Shown piece after piece: positions 36,359-46,024 of a DNA stretch of 64,000 nucleotides. Position 1 is the first letter of the stretch. Each line of letters begins with the position of its first letter. A model generated the notes under the pieces. The model searched no databases, was not told where the DNA came from, and saw only the letters and a list, made by a program, of their open reading frames with translations. This DNA is from Candidatus Altiarchaeota archaeon. GTDB taxonomy: Archaea; Altiarchaeota; Altiarchaeia; IMC4; SCGC-AAA252-I15. The position numbers were made by a program, and so were the translations under genes. Location of the stretch: assembly GCA_043800255.1 (NCBI GenBank), contig JAZDNF010000009.1, positions 224,001-288,000 of the forward strand, in the 5' to 3' direction.

Positions 36359-37260
36359 GGCTTATAATCTAGCAGTTCTCTTAAAAATATCCTGTGTTTC
36401 CCGAGTTTTCCGCCGAAGTTGCCTGCTGAGATCGCGATTAGGCCGGCAACTTTTGTTGATGCTTCTGCCGCAGCCTTCATAGCCTCCTTGACGGAGTCCA
36501 AACTAATGCCGTTTATCACAATCTCAGGGATGGACTCCACATCCCCCGGCACCTTCGAATCTTTTAGTCGCTCCCTGAGCGTCGGACAGTAGGGGTGGTT
36601 GGTCGTCGGGCCGATGTGCTCATATTTTCCCCCAGCCTTGGAGCCTGCGGAGCAGCCCTCCCTGAATGACAGGACAACACCTTCCACCTTTTTCACAGCC
36701 TCCTCAGCTTTGTCCAAAACCTTAAGAGCAGTTTTCTCGCTGTTGCAATAAAACCATAAGTTGCCGCCCATTATGCCCTCAGAGTACCCCAAATTTTTCT
36801 CAATCCTGAAGGAGCCCATCATCACCGGGATGTTTATCATCTCCCTCCCAAGGTAGCCTTCAACAGACTCATAGCCGTCGCCGCAGTGGCCGATAGCATG
36901 CAACGTGTCTAACTTTTTAGCAGAGTCCAACAGGTTGAACACTAAAGTTGTCGGAACCACCAGCACGCCCTGCCTTATCCTCTTAGAGACCTCATACTCC
37001 AGCCCCTTGACATCGCCTTCCCCTTTTGAGACCCAGTACTGGACTATGGCGCCAGGCCTGCCGTCCGGGGTCTCAGTCTTCCTTACGAACTTTTCAATCC
37101 CCCCCTCAGACTCCCCGAAAACGCAGCACGGCAGCGCGGTGGAATCATAAGCAGCCCTCTTCAGCCGCTTCTCATCCTCAGCAGTGATGAGAACCCTGCA
37201 GTACAGGCCGTCAAAAGCCTCGCAAAAAGTATCCTCAACCCGCACACCCTTGTAAATCAA
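36355..37260 (-). CDS. ftr: Formylmethanofuran--tetrahydromethanopterin formyltransferase (Ftr family)
   Basis: VEDTFCEAF, TPDGRPG, TTNHPYCPTLR, EIVING, ISAGNFGGKLG. Confidence 0.88.
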   Translation of the reverse strand: MIYKGVRVEDTFCEAFDGLYCRVLITAEDEKRLKRAAYDSTALPCCVFGESEGGIEKFVRKTETPDGRPGAIVQYWVSKGEGDVKGLEYEVSKRIRQGVLVVPTTLVFNLLDSAKKLDTLHAIGHCGDGYESVEGYLGREMINIPVMMGSFRIEKNLGYSEGIMGGNLWFYCNSEKTALKVLDKAEEAVKKVEGVVLSFREGCSAGSKAGGKYEHIGPTTNHPYCPTLRERLKDSKVPGDVESIPEIVINGISLDSVKEAMKAAAEASTKVAGLIAISAGNFGGKLGKHRIFLRELLDYKP

Positions 37261-37283
37261 AACACACCACCTTAGGTTAGTCG

Positions 37284-39266
37284 TTATTTGAATCCGTATT
37301 TGTCTAGGATTTTGTCTACTACGTCCTTGGAGTCGGGCTCCATGACCGCCACATTATAATAACGGTCGAACGCATCCTTCTGACTTTGCTCAGGAAACCT
37401 CTGAAAATACCGTATGCAATTTATTGTAGCCCCCAAATCCATCGGCCGAGGCAAAACACCCTCCCGAAACGCGAACCTGAAATCATTAGCAGCATTAACA
37501 ACACGCTCCATGGTTTCCACGTCCACATCAGGCCCGAACTTTCTCAAAATCTTCAACTCAGACTCTCTCCCAGGATAATCCACATTAAACACCGCAAAAC
37601 GCCTCAAAAAAGCAATATTCATATCCTGCGTACCCTCATAATTATCAGGATTCATCGTCGCAAAAACCCCGAAACCCTCCTTCGCCTTAACAACCTCGCC
37701 AGAAGGCAACGTAACCCGCTTAGCAGCCAAAATATTATTCAACGACGCCAAAACACCAGGCTCCGGCATATTAGTCTCATCCAAAATAACCTTAAAACCA
37801 TGACGCATAGCAACAATCAACGGACTATCCTCATCAACAGTCTGCCCATTAAAACCACGCCTAACCAACAAATCCTTCTCACGCGTACCCTCCGACAAAC
37901 TCAAAACAGTACACGGCCAATTCAACAAACGACACAAATTCTGAACAATATCAGTCTTACCCGTGCCAGTATCACCCACCAACAAAACATTATTACCCAA
38001 CAACATCTCCTCCAACATATCCTCCTCCAAACCCACCTGCTCCACAACAGGCTCCAACACCACAACAGGAACAAACTTAGAACCAACCTCATCCACCACA
38101 CCACGACGAGCAGAAACACCACCAACAGTCACCATGTCACCAACAACCCTAACCACAGGCTCCGAAACAACAACAGACCCCTGCTCTCTAGACTTGACGG
38201 TAAGCGTAGCAGACGACTTAGCAGACTGGGCAGGTGGTCGACCTGAAGGTTGACGAGGCCGCCCTGACGGCGTAGCAGACGGCTTAGCGGGCCGGACAGG
38301 TTGCGACGGCTGCTGAACAGCGAGCGGATAGTCGGCAATATGGTCTTCCAACAGATTCGTGAAGTCTTTAAATTTCAAGCTTGAGAGGTTTTTCGCCCTC
38401 AACAGCTTCTCCATCAGGATAACATCAGCCCGCATAGGAGTTAACAGTTTGATCAACTTCGGGTCAGACGTCAGTTTGCTGATCTCATCCTCAGCGGTCT
38501 TCTCAGACTCCTCCGTCATTTTCAGAGGGATGAACCTCCTCCAGGGTTCCCGCATCCTAGGCACCCGCTTATATCCTGCCCCGTCATACAGCAACGCAGG
38601 CCCATATCCTAGAGCGTCGAATGCCGCAGTCAGGGTCCTGTGGCTGTGGATTAAATCTGAAAAGGGGAGCAAGTCTCCAACGACCTTATCTTCCATATCA
38701 TATTCCTTCTTGACTAATAATCTTTTAATGAAATCGAGTCTCGTATGCTCCGGTATTTTTGGCAGCTCGTCTATTGGTCTGACTGGCACATCCAACTTCA
38801 TAGCCTTGTCCATGTCGTCGGGTGAGACTTCACCCGTCCAAAGCTTCCCGACCCGGATCAGCTTACGCTTGCCGATTCCCAGATCCTCTTTCGACTCATA
38901 GTACACCTGCCGGGGAAAATAATACTCCCGTGAGTCAGGATCAGTCTCATGCGTATGGTCTTTTTTCAACAGATTCTTAACAGGCGATGCCACTACGAGA
39001 CCACTAGCCATAGTAACAACAGTCGCTCCAAAAAAAAGCATACCCTCAGCTGCATGAAGACCGCCCGAATGCTGAGCACTTTCCATAAACGGTGCAACTC
39101 CGACTAGAGAGACCGCACCAGCGATGGAAACCGGAATAGCAGCCAGCTTATGTCTCTGACTTCTTCGAGTGAGCAGCCCCTTTTTCAACTCTTCTACTTC
39201 AAAGGGGACTGGAAGCTCCTCATCGCCCTTGTGACCTCCGCCCTTGCCTGCGACTTTCACAGCCAT
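37284..39266 (-). CDS. Membrane-anchored protein with C-terminal MoxR/CbbQ-like AAA+ domain
   Basis: Two N-terminal TM helices, Pro/Ser linker, Walker A GDTGTGKT, Walker B VILDE, FATMNP, AFLRRF. Confidence 0.8.
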   Translation of the reverse strand: MAVKVAGKGGGHKGDEELPVPFEVEELKKGLLTRRSQRHKLAAIPVSIAGAVSLVGVAPFMESAQHSGGLHAAEGMLFFGATVVTMASGLVVASPVKNLLKKDHTHETDPDSREYYFPRQVYYESKEDLGIGKRKLIRVGKLWTGEVSPDDMDKAMKLDVPVRPIDELPKIPEHTRLDFIKRLLVKKEYDMEDKVVGDLLPFSDLIHSHRTLTAAFDALGYGPALLYDGAGYKRVPRMREPWRRFIPLKMTEESEKTAEDEISKLTSDPKLIKLLTPMRADVILMEKLLRAKNLSSLKFKDFTNLLEDHIADYPLAVQQPSQPVRPAKPSATPSGRPRQPSGRPPAQSAKSSATLTVKSREQGSVVVSEPVVRVVGDMVTVGGVSARRGVVDEVGSKFVPVVVLEPVVEQVGLEEDMLEEMLLGNNVLLVGDTGTGKTDIVQNLCRLLNWPCTVLSLSEGTREKDLLVRRGFNGQTVDEDSPLIVAMRHGFKVILDETNMPEPGVLASLNNILAAKRVTLPSGEVVKAKEGFGVFATMNPDNYEGTQDMNIAFLRRFAVFNVDYPGRESELKILRKFGPDVDVETMERVVNAANDFRFAFREGVLPRPMDLGATINCIRYFQRFPEQSQKDAFDRYYNVAVMEPDSKDVVDKILDKYGFK

Positions 39267-39267
39267 T

Positions 39268-39591
39268 TTAAATTTCCGATACCAATGTCTCAACCAGTAT
39301 ACGATTCAAGACGTCGATAGCCTTGGAAGCATCCTCCTCTGACAGCTTCAGCTCCTTCTCCCCTTTTGGAACATACTCCATGAAATTCAGATCGCCATCC
39401 TGAGCATACAAGCCAAGGCGCTTGGAAGGATTCTTGCCATAGATTTTTATCAAATCCCTGTCAGAATCAATCCTATCAACCAAAGCGCGTATAACATCAA
39501 AACCGATGCCCGTAAACCTATTACTCTCTGTTGCCTTGCCGTTCATCTTAGCTTTTTCCATGATATTGTCAGAGCCCTGACCATTGTTCAT
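39268..39591 (-). CDS. Hypothetical protein
   Basis: 107-aa ORF ending 1 bp before the AAA gene start. Confidence 0.55.
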   Translation of the reverse strand: MNNGQGSDNIMEKAKMNGKATESNRFTGIGFDVIRALVDRIDSDRDLIKIYGKNPSKRLGLYAQDGDLNFMEYVPKGEKELKLSEEDASKAIDVLNRILVETLVSEI

Positions 39592-39624
39592 ATATAGAGA
39601 GAGGATAGAATATATACCCTACAA

Positions 39625-40632
39625 ATGGACTCCCTAATCGATAAAAAGATCGTTGACAGCATGTACGCTGACGGTCTACTTTACGCGAAGTTTGGGGACT
39701 ATGAGAAGAGGCTTCACAATTTTGAAGTCTTTAAGGTGCCGTTGAATGCAGAATTCACGTGCCCGAATTGGGACGGCAGGCTGAGCAAGCAGGGATGCGT
39801 GTACTGCCCGGACTTCGCGAGGCAGTTCACCTACGAGAGCTTCAGGAGGGTCATAGGGAAGACCATGAACGAGCAGCTGAAGGACCAGATACTATATTAT
39901 AAGAAGAGGGGCGCCGGAGAGAAGGCCTTAGTTTATATTGCCTTCGGCACTAACACGTATGCTCCCATAAAGGAGCTGGAAAGGATATTCGAGACCGCGC
40001 TGAAACCGAAGGACGTCATCGGACTGTCAATCGGCACGAGGCCGGACTGCCTCCCGCCTGAAGTCCTTAACCTGTTAGGAGAGTACGTGAAAGACGGGAA
40101 GGAAATCTGGCTCGAACTCGGACAGCAATCAGTCCACTATCACACAGACGAGAGGATAAACAGGCAGCACGGATTCGGCGAATGCATAAAGGCAGTAAAC
40201 GAAGCGCACAAACGGGGGATATACTCGCTCATCTTCATCATCATGGGACTCCCATATGAGACGCCATCAGAGATGCGCGAGACCGCGAAAGTGGTCTCAG
40301 CACTGGGAGCTGACGCCGTGAAACTGTACCCCCTGCTGGTGATGAAGAAGACACGGCTGGCTGCAGAATACAAACAGGGAACCTACAGGCCCATAAGCAG
40401 ATTAGAGTATATCACAGCGGTTGCAGATTTCCTAGAGCATGCGAGCCCCTACGTACTCATACAGAGAGTCAGCAAAGACTGCGGCCTCGACGGGAAAGTA
40501 GTGCCAAGCTGGAACACCCACAGGTTCCTAGTAGGCCCAGAAGTGGAGAAGACGCTGATGATACGAGGAACGAAGCAGGGAGCAAAACACAAACTCGGGC
40601 TAACAGTAGAAGAGCTGACGCCGCTAGCCTAG
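39625..40632 (+). CDS. TIGR01212 (YhcC-like) radical SAM protein
   Basis: FTCPNWDG...GCVYC, TNTYAP, IGTRPDC, ELGQQS. Confidence 0.9.
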   Translation: MDSLIDKKIVDSMYADGLLYAKFGDYEKRLHNFEVFKVPLNAEFTCPNWDGRLSKQGCVYCPDFARQFTYESFRRVIGKTMNEQLKDQILYYKKRGAGEKALVYIAFGTNTYAPIKELERIFETALKPKDVIGLSIGTRPDCLPPEVLNLLGEYVKDGKEIWLELGQQSVHYHTDERINRQHGFGECIKAVNEAHKRGIYSLIFIIMGLPYETPSEMRETAKVVSALGADAVKLYPLLVMKKTRLAAEYKQGTYRPISRLEYITAVADFLEHASPYVLIQRVSKDCGLDGKVVPSWNTHRFLVGPEVEKTLMIRGTKQGAKHKLGLTVEELTPLA

Positions 40633-41543
40633 AGAAAATAGTAACTTGAATCGCCTTTGATTTCGAGGAACTCCGCGGTCTTGACGATCCTCCGGGGCTT
40701 CATAAGAGCTGAGGTCTGAGTGTTGGATGTTGACGTCAGAATAACGTCTCCGAATTTTTTCGCGGAATTCTTCACTCTGACGACTTTTTCAGGGTCTCTG
40801 ATGAGCGCTAGGACGGAATTGCCGGAATAGGAGGTGGTAACCGCACCAGCCTCAAGCATCTTGGCGGTGACCTCCCTAGCAGTCTCGGAACCGTGCAATA
40901 ATGCGTTCATGTTCATTGCAGAATACAGGTTCCCCTTCAACGCCTCATCCCATGCCAGCTGGACCTCGTTCCTGAAGAGTGCTGACTTCCCTGCTTTTTT
41001 GAGAGTACAAGCCACAACAGAAAAACCCTCGTTCTCCCCCCTGCGGAGCACTTCCAGCTTCCTGTCATCTGTTATGAAGAACCCGCCGAAGAGGCTGCAA
41101 CAGACCCTGGAAAAGTCCAGTCCCTGTTTTGAGAGCTCTCTGGCAAGTTCAATCCGGTCAACCACCGTACCATCAATCACGTAGAACTGCTCCTTCAAGT
41201 ACTTGTCAACCTTCAACTCCATCACAGACCCGCGCTCCCTTGCCAAGGCACCGGTGACGGCAACAGCAGAGGCGACAGCGATTGATTCCTCGAAACCTAG
41301 ACCAGCTTCTTTCGGAATCTCGGAACTGAAGGACAAGCGGGCGCCAGACTTCTTCCCACAGTAATCTAGAACGACCTTGGCAGCCTTTCTGACGGCAGCC
41401 GGAAGGCTCTTCGGCGTTATGGTCTTGGTTTTCGTCAGCTCGCAGCCGGCCTTAGACCCTAGAGTGATTGCAAAAGACGCTCCCCTGCCAATGGAAGAGG
41501 AGTCGACCAACAGCGCAGACCCGTTTGAAACAGCCTCTAACAT
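40629..41543 (-). CDS. Archaeal shikimate-kinase-like GHMP protein (degenerate ATP loop)
   Basis: GRGASFAI, SEIPKEAGLG, SLFGGFFITD, AMNMNAL. Confidence 0.6.
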   Translation of the reverse strand: MLEAVSNGSALLVDSSSIGRGASFAITLGSKAGCELTKTKTITPKSLPAAVRKAAKVVLDYCGKKSGARLSFSSEIPKEAGLGFEESIAVASAVAVTGALARERGSVMELKVDKYLKEQFYVIDGTVVDRIELARELSKQGLDFSRVCCSLFGGFFITDDRKLEVLRRGENEGFSVVACTLKKAGKSALFRNEVQLAWDEALKGNLYSAMNMNALLHGSETAREVTAKMLEAGAVTTSYSGNSVLALIRDPEKVVRVKNSAKKFGDVILTSTSNTQTSALMKPRRIVKTAEFLEIKGDSSYYFL

Positions 41544-41760
41544 CCTAAGATTATGGAAGCATAAGGTTTATATAGGATGACTCCCCAAAGTTAAGTCTTG
41601 ATTTTTTGATAACGGAAATTGAAAGTCAACTACACGTTTTTCGTGGTGGGAGTACTTTTCCTCGTGGCAGCAACAGCCTTCGCAGTCAGCATCTGAGACT
41701 ATGAGGGCTGGACAGAGGCATAAGCAGATTATTTAAGTCACGACCTAATTTTATAATCTG

Positions 41761-42501
41761 ATGGAACCTGCAGAATTCTGCGAGCGGTTGAATGAGAGCG
41801 TCCAAGACGACTGCCTCATCACGTTAATCTGCAACTGCTCGATCGAGTACTGGGGCAGGAGCAGGTCGAAGGTCGGTGATGGTGAAAGGATCATTCTGAT
41901 AAAACCTGACAGCACGCTGATAGTGCACTCCCCCTCAGGCTTCAAACCATTGAACTGGATGTCGCCGCCAACCGACACCGTAGCCTCCCTCACAGGCGGA
42001 CAGGTTGAGATCTTCTCCCAGAGGACGAAGAAACCCTACGAGGAGATGAAAATCAGGATAAACCATGTTAAGGACTTCCAACTCTACGGCGGCCTCAGGG
42101 ATGGCGAGAAGCTGGAGCTAACGCACACGGAGGCTGACATGAGAGACTATCTGGAAGACCACCCCGAGAAAATCGACGCGAACTTCCAGTTGAAGAGCGT
42201 TGAATTCCAGACTCCGGTCGGATTCTTCGACCTCTATGGGAAACTGGAGGGGAAGTACACGATAGTAGAGCTGAAAGCCGAGCGCGCCGGACTCCCAGCA
42301 GTGTTCCAACTGAAAAGATACAGGGACTGGCTGCGCGAACACGTCGACAAAGAGGGAGAAGGCATACTCATCGCTCCGGGAATAACGCCCAACGCACTCC
42401 AACTCCTGAGGAGAGAGAAATTGATGTTCAAAAAGTTCTCAAGAAGCCAGGTAGAAAAGCGGAAAAAGCCGAACAAGACGTTAGACAGTTGGATGGATTA
42501 G
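41761..42501 (+). CDS. nucS: Mismatch-specific endonuclease NucS/EndoMS
   Basis: YWGRSRS, IKPDSTLIVH, KPLNW, VELK, QLKRY, PIP-like TLDSWM. Confidence 0.93.
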   Translation: MEPAEFCERLNESVQDDCLITLICNCSIEYWGRSRSKVGDGERIILIKPDSTLIVHSPSGFKPLNWMSPPTDTVASLTGGQVEIFSQRTKKPYEEMKIRINHVKDFQLYGGLRDGEKLELTHTEADMRDYLEDHPEKIDANFQLKSVEFQTPVGFFDLYGKLEGKYTIVELKAERAGLPAVFQLKRYRDWLREHVDKEGEGILIAPGITPNALQLLRREKLMFKKFSRSQVEKRKKPNKTLDSWMD

Positions 42502-43718
42502 ATGACGTATATGCTGCGCAGCATGTAAAGGCCGAGACCCACTAGCAGAAGGCCCAAAGCGAGACGCATCTTCTTCTTCTCGGACTGCCTCCAGGCTTCA
42601 AGCCGCTCAGCCCCGAAGCCGAAGTAGACCGCAATGAAGATTACAATTAGAGGCATCACGAACATCAGATTGTAGAGCAGAAGATAGGGTATACCAGCGC
42701 TCAAAGTCATGGAATCTGACATCATCGCAAGAATCGCAAGATAGACGCCGCCAGTGCACGGCAGCTCGAACATGGCAACCAAGAAGCCGAGGACGACAGC
42801 CGCCGGAGCAGTCATCTTAACAGCCCACCTCTCCAGAGTCCCCTTCTTCGATTCCGGGATGGCAAGCGATATGCCCTTACCATACCAGAAATAATCCTTC
42901 AGGTTCACCATGCCAGCAATTATCGCCACAGCAGCAGCAACCTTATAGAATAAAGACGTGAAACCCGTGAACTGCAAAGCCCCCAGCAATCCGACACCAG
43001 CAAGGAAGTAGACTACGTAGACTGTTACAATGTAAGTCGAACCGACCGTTAGCATCTTCTTTTTTGACCTGGCAATCGTCGTAAGATACGTTAGCAGGAA
43101 AATCAAGACAGCGAATGCGCAGGGGTTTATGCCATCCACAATGCCAGTCAATATTACAAGAGGCGTCGTGACTTTCACAGTCCTCTCAGGGTTCACCTGC
43201 CGTGGATCATATTTGTCGGCGTGGCAGCCCAGCCTGCTGTCGAACGGGCAGACGCTCTCGCCCGGCCTCTCGCTCATTATAGCAGCCTCAAGATTGTCAC
43301 TGATGCCCTGCAAGCCCATGTAATAGTCGTCTCCGATGATTACCAACGGAATCCCCCGCTTATCCTGGGGTATGCCAACCCGCTCAGTGTACTCCGTATA
43401 AAGGTCATAGTTGCTCTTATTGTGGTACAACTCAAGCCAGTGGACGTGTATCCTGTCAGAGTACTTGGACGCCATATCTTCGATGAACGGTTTTATTTGA
43501 GCGCACTTCGGGCACCCGTCACCGTAGAAGTAGACGACACATGTGGTATTGGCGGGATACAGGGATGAGTGCTCGCTGGCAAAGAAACTTGAGTTATCCT
43601 CTAGAAGGCAGGCCTCCTCTCCAACCGAACACACATCAGACTCTGCCGACGCAGTTACTATGAGTATAGAACATAAGGTTACGAAGAGCACTGCTTTAAC
43701 ATTCATTTTTTCTGACAT
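42498..43718 (-). CDS. Thioredoxin plus CcdA/DsbD-type membrane redox protein
   Basis: Signal peptide, CPKC, DGINPCAF, ELPCTGG. Confidence 0.88.
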   Translation of the reverse strand: MSEKMNVKAVLFVTLCSILIVTASAESDVCSVGEEACLLEDNSSFFASEHSSLYPANTTCVVYFYGDGCPKCAQIKPFIEDMASKYSDRIHVHWLELYHNKSNYDLYTEYTERVGIPQDKRGIPLVIIGDDYYMGLQGISDNLEAAIMSERPGESVCPFDSRLGCHADKYDPRQVNPERTVKVTTPLVILTGIVDGINPCAFAVLIFLLTYLTTIARSKKKMLTVGSTYIVTVYVVYFLAGVGLLGALQFTGFTSLFYKVAAAVAIIAGMVNLKDYFWYGKGISLAIPESKKGTLERWAVKMTAPAAVVLGFLVAMFELPCTGGVYLAILAMMSDSMTLSAGIPYLLLYNLMFVMPLIVIFIAVYFGFGAERLEAWRQSEKKKMRLALGLLLVGLGLYMLRSIYVI

Positions 43719-44377
43719 CAGCTTATGATAAAGTCCACAACGTAGAGTTTACCGCTTGCCAGGTCAGCCTTAGTCTGCTTCAGCCGCGTTCCCTCGACGT
43801 TGACGATAATGTCGTAGGTTCCGCCCGACTTTACGGTTGCCTTATAGTAGCCGTTCCTGTCAGTCTTGTCCCAGTTGACCGGCACGCTCATGTTGCTGAC
43901 ATCGAACACCTCAACAAGCGAACCGTAGTACCCTTTGCCTGTGTTCTTGTTCACAATCTGGCCGCTTATTATGGTAGACGTCTCATTGACCGTGACATTG
44001 ATAGTCTCTAAACAGAACTGCTTCCTGAAGTCGGCGTTTATGGCACCGCAGAGGCTGACGTTGCCTGTTGTTATCGCAATCCCGAGATAGCAGAGCTCCC
44101 TCTGAAGGGGGCTGAAAGACTCGCATTTGGCATATACTGGCGCGTCTAATGTCGTGGGAGTCTCATCCTCGTCATCCTCCGAGAGGGTTGTTGATGCTGC
44201 ATTTACCGTAGTCGGCTCCTCCAGAGTGCTCACAGTAGACGGTTGTGATATGTTCGAACCGCCATCCAGGCACCCTGACGCCAACACCAGACTAACAACC
44301 AATAAAAGAATGACCTGTTTATGCATCGTACTAGTAAGAATGGATTCCATAGAATAAAAACATTCAGGTAACCGCAA
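43718..44377 (-). CDS. Lipoprotein-like protein with Cys repeat and carboxypeptidase-regulatory-like beta-domain
   Basis: LASGC lipobox, RELCY...SLC, ISGQIVN...TDRNGYY; start may be the later MHKQ. Confidence 0.65.
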   Translation of the reverse strand: MRLPECFYSMESILTSTMHKQVILLLVVSLVLASGCLDGGSNISQPSTVSTLEEPTTVNAASTTLSEDDEDETPTTLDAPVYAKCESFSPLQRELCYLGIAITTGNVSLCGAINADFRKQFCLETINVTVNETSTIISGQIVNKNTGKGYYGSLVEVFDVSNMSVPVNWDKTDRNGYYKATVKSGGTYDIIVNVEGTRLKQTKADLASGKLYVVDFIIS

Positions 44378-44792
44378 TGTTATCGCCTGCTCTGATGTTC
44401 CCGGAGGTTAACGCGACGGCGAATACGCCCCTGGAAGGCATGATGCAGTCGCCAGTCTTTTCCCTGATGCTGCAGCCGCTATGGCATTCCTTCCCAATCT
44501 GGGATACCTCAAGCTCGACAGCCCCGACCCTGAGCTTTGAGCCGACACGCAGGCTTCCCAGATCAACGCCTGCGGTGAGAATGTTCTCCGCGAAGTCTCC
44601 TGGCTTCACGCCAGCCTTGATGAATCTTTCACCAACATCCTCGGAAGCCAGAAGGGATATCTGCCTCCTCCCTGTTCCGGCATGGACATCGCCTTCGATG
44701 CCAAGGCCCTTGGTTACTCTGACACTCTTTAGAGGATTCTTAGCCTCGCTCTTATTCTTGCCAACGCAGACTGCGACAACCCTGCCGCTCAT
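44364..44792 (-). CDS. MOSC-domain protein
   Basis: GIEGDVHAG, RQISLL, FAENI, QIGKECH..C, CIMP. Confidence 0.92.
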   Translation of the reverse strand: MSGRVVAVCVGKNKSEAKNPLKSVRVTKGLGIEGDVHAGTGRRQISLLASEDVGERFIKAGVKPGDFAENILTAGVDLGSLRVGSKLRVGAVELEVSQIGKECHSGCSIREKTGDCIMPSRGVFAVALTSGNIRAGDNIAVT

Positions 44793-46024
44793 AAGAGGTT
44801 CACCTCCACAGGAGAACCCTTTTTTATCTTCGAAACATCGGCTTCCATTACGATGTAGCCGTCAGCATCAGATAACGAGGTTATCGCGTTGGAGCCCTTG
44901 AACGTTGGAATAACATAGGAGGCTCCCCCCCTCGCCTCCAACCTGACAGGGAGGAAGTACTTCAGTCTTTTCTTGAAGATGAAATCCTTGGCCATTCTGG
45001 CGCACAGCCTCCGTCTGCTCCAGGAGGACTTCATTGATGCCATAATGTAGGGCAGCACAAGAGCGTTCAACACTATGAGAGCAGAGGTCGGGTTGCCTGG
45101 AAGCCCAATCACAGGTTTCCCATTTACCTTTCCGAAGAGGACTGGCTTGCCAGGCCGTATTGCAATGCCGTGGAATATCACCCTGCCAAGCTCTCTCACA
45201 ACGTCTGGCACAATATCCTCCTCCCCGACAGATGAGCCGCCGGAGACGATTACAAGGTCGGAAGTTTTCAGGGCTGAGGTGAGTTTCATCCTAAGAGGGT
45301 GTTGAACGTCACGGCATACCCCCAAGTCGACAGCATCACATCCGTGTCCTGTCAGGAGGGCTCCGATGGAGAGATTGTTGGTGCCGTAGATTTTTCCGGC
45401 AGATAGAGGCTTCCCAATGTCGACTATCTCATTGCCTGTCGCAATCAATGCGATTTTAGGCTTCCTGCAGACTCGGACAGATTCCAACCCGATTGAAGCG
45501 AGAAGGCCGACACCGTAGGCGTCTATGACGGAGCCTCTACTGATGACTGCTGTCCTCTTCCGAATGTCAGATCCTGCAGTTATGATGTGATACCCCTTAC
45601 CAGTTCCCTCGAAGACCGTAACTTTCTTGCCCTTCCTGAGCGTGTTCTCGACTATCACCACAGAGTCGGCTCCAGAGGGTATAGGAGCGCCGGTCGCTAT
45701 CTCAATGCACTCTCCCCTCTTCAGCCTCTTCCTGGAGACCTGCCCCGCGCGGACGACGTCAACGCAATCCAGTGCCTTGGGACTAGACTTGGATGCGCTC
45801 CTGACGTCAGAGTATCTGACAGCGTAACCGTCCATCGCAGACTTCCTGAACCCTGGGACGTTGATTCTTGACTTAACCGTTTCGGCAAGCACCCTCCCCA
45901 AAGAATCCTCCAATCTTACTCTTTCAGTGCCAACCAGCATCTGATGCCTTCCCATCCTCCTCTGCGCTTCCTCGAAGGATATGAGATTTTTGAACCCGCC
46001 TCTGCTCACTTTCTGACCTCCCAC
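44789..46024 (-). CDS. moeA: Molybdopterin molybdotransferase
   Basis: SAMDGYAV, IATGAPIP, SGGSSVG, RPGKP, LPGNP. Confidence 0.95.
   Translation of the reverse strand: MGGQKVSRGGFKNLISFEEAQRRMGRHQMLVGTERVRLEDSLGRVLAETVKSRINVPGFRKSAMDGYAVRYSDVRSASKSSPKALDCVDVVRAGQVSRKRLKRGECIEIATGAPIPSGADSVVIVENTLRKGKKVTVFEGTGKGYHIITAGSDIRKRTAVISRGSVIDAYGVGLLASIGLESVRVCRKPKIALIATGNEIVDIGKPLSAGKIYGTNNLSIGALLTGHGCDAVDLGVCRDVQHPLRMKLTSALKTSDLVIVSGGSSVGEEDIVPDVVRELGRVIFHGIAIRPGKPVLFGKVNGKPVIGLPGNPTSALIVLNALVLPYIMASMKSSWSRRRLCARMAKDFIFKKRLKYFLPVRLEARGGASYVIPTFKGSNAITSLSDADGYIVMEADVSKIKKGSPVEVNLL

Noticed and set aside
37386-38246. 286-aa + strand ORF rich in H/N/Q/T
   Set aside because: Antisense shadow of the AAA gene, kept open by the local A/C skew
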